A stretch of 9,191 nt of DNA from Octopus sinensis (taxonomy: Eukaryota): contig NW_021828302.1 of assembly GCF_006345805.1 (NCBI RefSeq), forward strand, positions 1 to 9,191, given 5' to 3'. Under the pieces are notes generated by a model. The model had not been told where the DNA came from, ran no database searches, and was given only the letters and a program-made list of their open reading frames with translations. The position numbers and the translations under genes are program-made. Numbering within the stretch: the first letter of the stretch is position 1; every line of letters begins with the position of its first letter. Shown one piece after another: positions 1 through 6,766 of the stretch.

Positions 1-316
1 ATTTTAGAATTAAGGATAACATCCAGTCTTCGAACAGAAAGAGCTGATGGACCTTTGGGAATGACTTCTTAAAATGTCATCGTTAGGATCATTATCTATC
101 ATCACTCATCACCCATCACTCATCATTGTCATCATAATCATCATCGTTATCCTATTCAGTGGCAGTAATAGCATTTTCCTCATTCTCCTGTCATCATCAC
201 CACCATCATCATTATTACTACCGCCATCCTCTTTCTCATATCATCGTCTGTCATCACCACCGCTATCGCCATTATACTCTATCTTCAGCATCATCGTCAT
301 CATAACCACCACCATC

Positions 317-460
317 ACCATCTTCTTTACATCATCATCATCATCACCACCACCACCACCAACCATCTTCTTTACATCATCATCACCACCACCACCACCA
401 CCACCACCACCATCTTCTTTACATCATCATCATCATCACCACCACCACCACCACCACCAC
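317..460. repeat. Compound minisatellite, 3 units of ACCATCTTCTTTAC-(ATC)n-(ACC)n
   Basis: The 14-bp anchor ACCATCTTCTTTAC occurs at 317, 362 and 409 (periods 45 and 47), each followed by ATC then ACC runs. Confidence 0.9.
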
Positions 461-619
461 CAGCTGTTCAAGAATTTGGACCTGGAGATCTCCATTTTCA
501 GCGACTTCGAGGGTCACCTCCCAGTGGTGTCGGGCGTCAACGAAGAGCCCTCGACCACAACAAGACGACCAAAGTCTTTTTTTTTCCAAGGTCTGGGGTC
601 TCCCGCCCCTAAGCCCTAG
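461..619 (+). other. Non-repetitive GC-rich island, candidate coding exon (frame and gene unknown)
   Basis: Period-3 G/C bias: 26 of 31 codons from 464 end in G/C in the frame LFKNLDLEISIFSDFEGHLPVVSGVNEEPST. All three + frames are open over 461-609. CAG at 461-463. No recognisable protein family. Confidence 0.25.
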
Positions 620-726
620 ACCATCACCTAATCACCCTTACCCGTCTTGTTGCTTAACGACAACAACAACAACCACCACCACCACCATCATCATCAATCA
701 CCATCACCATAGTGATTATCATCTTA

Positions 727-833
727 TCATCATTTCAGGTTCGATAAAATAAGTACCATTTAAGCACTGGGACCACAGCAACTGACTAATTGCTTCCCCT
801 AAAGTTACTGGCTCTGTGCCAAAATTGGAAAGA
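727..833 (+). mobile_element. 3' fragment of a Meta-domain-type SINE
   Basis: TTTCAGGTTCGATAAAATAAGTACC...CACTGGG...TGTGCCAAAATTGGAAA aligns to 1920-2022 and is followed by an (ATT)n tail at 834-857. Confidence 0.75.
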
Positions 834-857
834 ATTATTATTATTATTATTATTATT

Positions 858-1329
858 GAGTGAGAGAGCAGTACATGCCATCAAAGTGACACTAGGGTAC
901 AGTTATATGAAGTCCAATATAGCCATCATGACTAACCGTCTGATAAGGGTACACCAGGCATATGCATCACAACCACATGTGCACGACATGGTGATCTCAT
1001 ATCAAGATAAACAGCACATGACCTTGCAGGTGGGACCCAGTTAGAATTTTCTTCAGGCTGTGTAGCCGGTCCCCCTCAAAAGGTCCCTGATTAAGGGTTG
1101 TTTAAGGATGTTGAATGAAACACCCATGTTTCCAGAGATTAATTATTCAAACCCCAAAGAATCCTTCTCAACACATGGCTATGATGCTCCCCCACTACTT
1201 CTGCTTGTGATTAGAGATGCACTTATCGTCAGCCACTAAGGGACATGCTCAACTGGTCACGGTCAAACAACTGACAAGCAAATCTGTGGTATTGAGCAGA
1301 ATATTTGCTGGAGCCCATCTTTTATACCA
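858..1329 (-). mobile_element. Unclassified retroposon-like interspersed repeat (3' region), copy 1
   Basis: 858-1019 is repeated at 2074-2233. On the minus strand it ends ...CTCTCTCACTC followed by (AAT)n. It is flanked by (ATT)n on both sides (834-857, 1331-1351). Confidence 0.7.
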
Positions 1330-1351
1330 TATTATTATTATTATTATTATT

Positions 1352-1614
1352 CAGTAGTTTTATTTTTATAGCGTGCTTTCACTTCACTACCGAGCGCAGC
1401 TCTGTGTGCCTTAGGTATGTGCTGTGATTTGTTGTGATGCTCTGATGGTTATTGTATGAAAGTGTTCTGCGTAGGATGTGTGCAGTGCCTAGTAGTGCAA
1501 TTTTCTGTATGTTATATGTGTTTGTAAGTCCTGGTGTTTTTGTTATGTACTTGTCTGAATATTTTTTTATCATGCCTAATGCACCTACTATGATAGGAAT
1601 TGTTTCTGTTTTTT
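1352..1614 (-). mobile_element. 5'-truncated R4/Dong-clade non-LTR retrotransposon (end of restriction-like endonuclease ORF plus 3' UTR)
   Basis: The minus frame from 1612 reads KTETIPIIVGALGMIKKYSDKYITKTPGLTNTYNIQKIALLGTAHILRRTLS, matching the R4/Dong C-terminal pattern P-hh-h-G-A-L-G...Q-K-x-A-L-L-G-T-A-x-I-L-R. AATAAA at 1359-1364 (minus). Both ends abut (TAA)n, the known Dong target. Confidence 0.85.
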
Positions 1615-1812
1615 ATTATTATTATTATTATTATTGTTGTTGTTATTATTATTAACACTGGTTGCCTTCGTTCAAATTTTGAATTTGAATTTCTATGTAT
1701 CACTTTTCATTTTGAACTCAACACAGACAGGCAAGCTGTTGAAATATCATTCAATCAATGAAATATCTATTGCAATCACATCTCGCTCTTTGTATTGTGT
1801 ATTATTATTATT

Positions 1813-2020
1813 AGATGGCAAGCTGACACAATTGTTAGCATGCTGGATGAAATACTTGGCGGTATTTCACTCATCACTACGTTCTGAGTTCAAATTCTGC
1901 TGAGGTTGACTTTGCCTTTCATCCTTTCGGGGTCGATAACGTAAGTACCAGGTAAACACTGGGGTCAATGTAATCGACTCATTTCCTCCCCCAAAATTGC
2001 TGCTCTTGTAGCAAAACTTG

Positions 2021-2022
<2 letters not shown>
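1813..2022 (+). mobile_element. Near full-length tRNA-derived SINE with Meta-type central domain
   Basis: Degenerate A box near 1824 and B box GTTCAAATTC at 1888-1897. The central GCCTTTCATCCTTTCGGGGTCGATAA...AAGTACCAG resembles the MetaSINE domain. (ATC)n tail at 2023-2067. Confidence 0.8.
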
Positions 2023-2069
<47 letters not shown>

Positions 2070-2073
2070 TATT

Positions 2074-2233
2074 GAGTGAGAGAGCAGTGCATGCCATCAA
2101 AGTGATACTGGGTAAAATATACGAAGCCCAGTATACCCTTCATGACTACCCGTCTAATAAGGGTACACTAGGCACATGCATCACAACCATATGTTCATGA
2201 CATGGTGATCTCATATCAAGATAAACAGCACAT
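2074..2233 (-). mobile_element. Copy 2 (shorter) of the 858-1329 repeat
   Basis: Colinear match to 858-1019, e.g. GAGTGAGAGAGCAGT.CATGCCATCAAAGTGA and GACATGGTGATCTCATATCAAGATAAACAGCACAT. Confidence 0.85.
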
Positions 2234-2290
2234 ATGTAGTCGACTTACCCCATATCCGGAAATTGCTGGCCTTGTGCCAAAATGTGAAAT
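2234..2290 (+). mobile_element. 3' terminal fragment of the Meta-type SINE
   Basis: ATGTAGTCGACT...GAAATTGCTGGCCTTGTGCCAAAATGTGAAA aligns to 1968-2022 and is followed by (ATT)n. Confidence 0.7.
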
Positions 2291-2292
2291 CG

Positions 2293-2316
2293 TTATTATT
2301 ATTATTATCATTATTA

Positions 2317-2406
<90 letters not shown>

Positions 2407-2476
2407 CATCATATTATTATTATCATTACCATTATTATTATTATCATTATTATTATTGTTGTTGTTGTTGTTGTTG
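2293..2476. repeat. (ATT)n then (GTT)n microsatellite
   Basis: Direct reading of trinucleotide runs with a few interruptions. Confidence 0.95.
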
Positions 2477-2709
2477 TATTCATTTATTGCTGCTTCTGGA
2501 ACAATGTCCTGGTGATTGGCATTTAAAATACTTTATCATATTTACATCAACACCATCAACAACAACAACAAAATGAAAAATAAGAAGAAAAAAGGAACGA
2601 GTAAAATGGTGATGTGGGGATGGTGGGTGAGTGGTGGCGGTAGTAGGGGTGAAAACCCATGGTAATATAGAGAGGAGAGAGGGAATGGATGAGGTGTGGG
2701 TTGGCAGTG

Positions 2710-2770
2710 ACACACACACACATACACACATACACACACATATACACACATATATTTACATATACACATA
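2710..2770. repeat. (CA)n/(TA)n microsatellite
   Basis: Direct reading. Confidence 0.9.
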
Positions 2771-2862
2771 TCTGATGATGATACTTCACACACTCAAGTG
2801 TTATGAAAGGTTTAAAAGAAAATTAAGTAAAAAAAAAAGTGGGTGGTGAGGAGGGGAGGAAA

Positions 2863-2900
2863 TGGTAGTGGTGGTAGTAGTGGTGGTGGTGGTGGTGGTG
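2863..2900. repeat. (GGT)n microsatellite
   Basis: Direct reading. Confidence 0.9.
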
Positions 2901-3021
2901 GAAAAGCGTGACACTTGTTGTTGATGTCGTTTCTACACGAAGAGTAAAAACGCAGAGACAAAAAAATGGAAGCCCTAGGCAAAACAAATTAAAAAAAAAA
3001 ACAGAAATAAGAAACAACTAC

Positions 3022-3071
<50 letters not shown>

Positions 3072-3172
3072 ATGTACGATAATAATGATAATAATGATAA
3101 TAATAATAATAATAATGATAATAATAACAGCAATAATAATAATAATAATAATAGTGATAATAATAATGATAA
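3022..3172. repeat. (AAT)n microsatellite
   Basis: Direct reading, interrupted by GAT/AGT variants. Confidence 0.95.
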
Positions 3173-3294
3173 GGGAATTATAGATAGAAATAGAAAGTTC
3201 CAGAAAATATCTTGTGATGGAATAGATTGCAAAGCTTAGAAATTGAGAAAAAGAAAAAAATAAGAAAAAAAAAAGCCAAAAACTGCAAGTGAAA

Positions 3295-3297
3295 ATA

Positions 3298-3337
<40 letters not shown>

Positions 3338-3450
3338 TAATAATAATAATAAATAATAATAATAATAATAATATAATAATAAAAATAATAATAATGATAA
3401 TAATAATAATAACGATAATAATAAAAATAATAATGATAATAATAATGATA

Positions 3451-3481
<31 letters not shown>

Positions 3482-3604
3482 TGATAATAATAATTAATAA
3501 CGATAATAATAAAAATAATAATGATAATAATAATGATAATAGTAATAATAATAATGATAATAATAATAATAATGATAATAGTAATAATAATAAGAATAAT
3601 AATG

Positions 3605-3638
<34 letters not shown>

Positions 3639-3760
3639 TAATAATAACAATAACAGTAATAATAATAATAATAATAATGATAACAACAGTGATGATAACT
3701 AATAATAGTAATAGTGATGATGATGATGATGATGATGACGATGATCACGGTGATGATAAT
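3295..3760. repeat. Long (AAT)n grading into (GAT)n
   Basis: Direct reading; this tract explains the poly-N/I/L/Y ORFs. Confidence 0.95.
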
Positions 3761-4206
3761 GAGTTGAATGCAATTAAGGTAATATAAATAAAGCTGGGGG
3801 AAGAGGCAAGGAAGGAAAGAAGAGGTAAGGAAGGAAAGAAGAAAGGGTAGAAAGTAAAATTCAAAGAAAATTGAATGAAAGCTTCCGTTTCCTCTCCTCT
3901 CCGTTCTCGCCTCCCCCACCCCACCCCCATCCCAACCCCCTCCTGCCTTCTCATGAGAAATTCCATGCCCACCCACCCACCTTCCCCCTCCACACACAGA
4001 GAGCCAAAAGCCATCCACTCTCTAAGTCTTGGTGTTGATCGCTGTGTTAGATAACGAATCAACTAGTGCGGCACTAACGGACTTTTCTGAGTTCGGTTAA
4101 GCCTCTAAAAAGCCCCATCAATTTTTTTTTTATTTTTTATTTTTATTTTGATTTTTATTTCATTTCATTTTTTTTTTTTACTTATTTATTATTTCCTATT
4201 TGGTAG

Positions 4207-4920
4207 CTTCTTCTTCTTCTCATTCTCCTTCTCGTTCATCTTCTTCTTCCTCTTCTTCTTCTTCTCTTTCTCCTTCTTTTTCTTCTCCTTCTTTTCCTTC
4301 TTCTTCTTTTTCTTCTCCTTCTTTTCTTTGTTTTCTTCTTCTTCTTCTCATTCTCCTTCTCGTTCATCTCCTTCTTTTTCTTCTTCTTCTTTTTCTTCTC
4401 CTTCTTTTCTTTGTTTTCTTCTTCTTCTTCTCATTCTCCTTCTCGTTCATCTCCTTCTTCTTCTTCTTCTTCTCCTCGTTCTTCCTCTCATTCTTCTTCT
4501 CATTCTTCTTCTTAATCTTCTTCTTTCTCTTCTCTTTCTCCTTCTTTTTCTTCTCCTTCTTTTCCTTCTTATTCTTCTTCTTCTTCTTCTTCTTCTTCTT
4601 CTTCTTCTCCTCCTCCTCCTCCTCCTCATCATCATCATCGTCATATTCCTCATCACTACCGTCTTCATCACCACCACCACCAACACCACCACCAACACCA
4701 TTATCACCATCATCATCACTACCACTACAACAATCAATAATATCCATCATAGCCATTCCCACCGCCATCACACCGCGACCATCACCATCATCATTGCCAG
4801 CAACGCCACCAGCACCATCGCCACCACTATCGCCACCACCACCACACAATCACTATCAATCACCCCCCCATCACCCCCATCACCATCATCGTCCCTGCCA
4901 TCATTGTATTCTTCATCACT
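4207..4920. repeat. (CTT)n-rich tract followed by a (CCT)/(CAT)/(CAC) low-complexity tract
   Basis: Direct reading; this tract explains the poly-F/S/L/K/R ORFs at 4148-4979. Confidence 0.95.
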
Positions 4921-5010
4921 TTCTTCTGCCTTCACTCTTCACTGAAGAATTAAATAAATCAGGATTAATATTGCTATGATGTGATAGAAAATAGCAACAC
5001 AATGGATTGT

Positions 5011-5047
5011 TGCTGCTGCTGCTGCTGCTGCCGCTGCCACTGCTGCT
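5011..5047. repeat. (GCT)n microsatellite
   Basis: Direct reading. Confidence 0.9.
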
Positions 5048-5067
5048 CCCTGGCTTTTTCTATCAGG

Positions 5068-5145
5068 TGTATATATGTGTGTGTGTGTGTGTGTCTGTGA
5101 GTTTGTGTATATTTGCGTGTACTTTGTGTATGTGTGTGTGTGTGT
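5068..5145. repeat. (GT)n-rich tract
   Basis: Direct reading. Confidence 0.85.
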
Positions 5146-5218
5146 ATAACTTTTGTTTCATTTATGGCACAATAACATAAAAGTAATCAATAAGACCTTG
5201 TGTCTATAGAGTTTGATC

Positions 5219-5423
5219 TATATATATATATATGTATATATATATGTATATATATATATGTGTATATATATATATATATATATGTGTGTATATATATATA
5301 TATATATGTGTATATATATATATATATGTGTGTGTATATATATATATATGTGTGTATATATATATATGTATATATATATATGTATGTATATATATGTATA
5401 TATATGTTATATATATGTGTGTG

Positions 5424-5454
<31 letters not shown>

Positions 5455-5466
5455 GTATATATATAT

Positions 5467-5504
<38 letters not shown>

Positions 5505-5583
5505 AATATGTATATATATAAATATGTATATATATAAATATGTATATATATAAATATGTATATATATATGTATATATATGTAT

Positions 5584-5637
<54 letters not shown>

Positions 5638-5735
5638 TATATATAAATATGTATATATATAATATGTATATTATAAATATGTATATATATATGTATATAT
5701 ATATATATATATGATATATATATATGTATGTATAT
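5219..5735. repeat. Long (TA)n/(TG)n microsatellite
   Basis: About 500 bp of alternating purine-pyrimidine, with a recurring AAATATGTATATATAT sub-unit around 5504-5568. Confidence 0.95.
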
Positions 5736-5760
5736 TTAACATCATAGTTATCATCATCTA

Positions 5761-5796
5761 TATTGGTTTCATATTTGGCACAAGGCCAGTAATTTC
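5761..5796 (-). mobile_element. 3' tip of a Meta-type SINE on the minus strand
   Basis: The reverse complement GAAATTACTGGCCTTGTGCCAAATATGAAACC matches 2258-2289. Confidence 0.7.
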
Positions 5797-5797
5797 A

Positions 5798-5952
5798 TAA
5801 TTTGTCAAAATATCTTCGTCGCTTTCAGACTGCGACCTGCTCACTGACAAAACTCTGAGACCGTGACCTGTTCACTGACAAGAGATGCAGCACAAAGTTT
5901 TGTCAGTGAACAGGTCGCTGTCTCAAAGCAATGAAAATATTTTGACAAATTA
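5798..5952. repeat. 60-bp inverted repeat (arms 5798-5857 and 5893-5952) with a partial direct copy in the loop
   Basis: Arms match at 53 of 60 positions by manual alignment. 5858-5881 repeats 5827-5850. Confidence 0.9.
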
Positions 5953-6132
5953 AATTTAAATGTTGAAGTGAATCTAATGGTTTTTGTGTATTTCTTAAAT
6001 GGCTTATAAACATTGCTGTATTTCGGAATGGTCATTTTGCCAGTTTAGCCAAAAAAAAACACATGCACAATATATTTGGTGTTACTTTGCTTCAGAGTTA
6101 TTTATTTTTTACATTAATTTAAATCTTATTTC

Positions 6133-6177
6133 GGCCAGAGTTCTTTCGTCGCACTCCTGTGACCTTATCAGTGGTCC
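6133..6177 (-). ncRNA. Minimal type I hammerhead ribozyme motif, degenerate in this copy
   Basis: The minus strand reads GGACCA CUGAUAA G GUCAC-AGGAGU-GCGAC GAAA G-AA-C UC^UGGCC: stem I GGACCA/UGGCC with one bulge, stem II with 4 of 5 pairs, minimal stem III. The core deviates from CUGANGA at G8 and has one extra nucleotide before stem II. Confidence 0.6.
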
Positions 6178-6318
6178 TTTGCTTTCTTCTTTCTTATTTG
6201 TGTCTCTCCTTACTAACCATTAGCCATTTTGTATTTCTATTGTATGTGTCTTCATTTGCGCATGCGTATATCTCCATGTGCGTCTATGTTTAGTTAATGT
6301 GTATGTATGTGTGGCCGA

Positions 6319-6590
6319 CCCGGCAGGGGATGGTGGTGGTCCCTGCTGTACTCTTTCACCACAACTTTCTCTCACTCTTACTTCCTGTTTCTGTTGTACC
6401 TGTATTTCAAGGGGCCGGCCTTGTCACTCTCTGTGTCACGCTGAATATCCCCGAGAACTACGTTAAGGGTACACGTGTCTGTGGAGTGCTCAGCCACTTA
6501 CACGTTAATTTCACGAGCAGGCTGTTCCGTTGATCGGATCAACCGGAACCCTCGTCGTCGTAACCGACGGAGTGCTTCCATTCCATTTCC
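6319..6590 (+). mobile_element. 5'-truncated SINE with 12-bp target-site duplication
   Basis: ATGTGTGGCCGA occurs at 6307-6318 and 6591-6602. The insert is GC-richer than its flanks and ends in a TTCCA-like short repeat tail. The body resembles an octopus tRNA-SINE family from memory; the tRNA head is absent. Confidence 0.8.
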
Positions 6591-6766
6591 ATGTGTGGCC
6601 GAAATAAGATTAAGATTTATGTAAAAAATAAATAACACTGAAGCAAAGTAACACCAAATATATAGTGCGTGTGTTTTTATTGGCTAAACTGGCAAAATGA
6701 CCATTCCGAAATACAACAATGTTTGTTTCAACACACGATTTCACATAAAAATCTTGCACAACAAAT

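Larger units (their letters stand above)
6008..6724. mobile_element. Probable Penelope-like element (pseudo-LTR) remnant with 130-bp inverted arms (6008-6137 and 6596-6724)
   Basis: The arms differ by about 8 substitutions and 1 indel. A minimal type I hammerhead motif is adjacent. Inverted partial pLTR copies and minimal hammerheads are established features of Penelope-like elements. No RT or GIY-YIG ORF is present in the window. Confidence 0.6.

Noticed and set aside
74-460. N-terminal part of the 181-aa ORF as a real protein
   Set aside because: It is a translation of ATC/ACC low-complexity DNA, which is naturally poor in stop codons on this strand.
790-1044. Similar ORFs at 790-1044 and 2018-2200 (LLSERAVHAIKV) as a gene family
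   Set aside because: The similarity comes from two copies of a repeat; the frames diverge and start in microsatellite or SINE sequence.
1100-1235. CUGACGA and nearby CUGAAGA motifs on the minus strand of the 858-1329 element as hammerheads
   Set aside because: I found no closing stem II plus GAAA at a suitable distance.
2202-5537. Numerous ORFs with poly-I/L/N/Y/F/S/K/R or YI repeats
   Set aside because: All map onto (ATT), (AAT), (CTT) and (TA) microsatellites and are open in several frames; they are artefacts.
6008-6724. DNA transposon/MITE with 130-bp TIRs
   Set aside because: No flush TSD at the outer arm ends, and the inner boundary matches a ribozyme cleavage site; a Penelope-like inversion is preferred, though a TIR element is not excluded.
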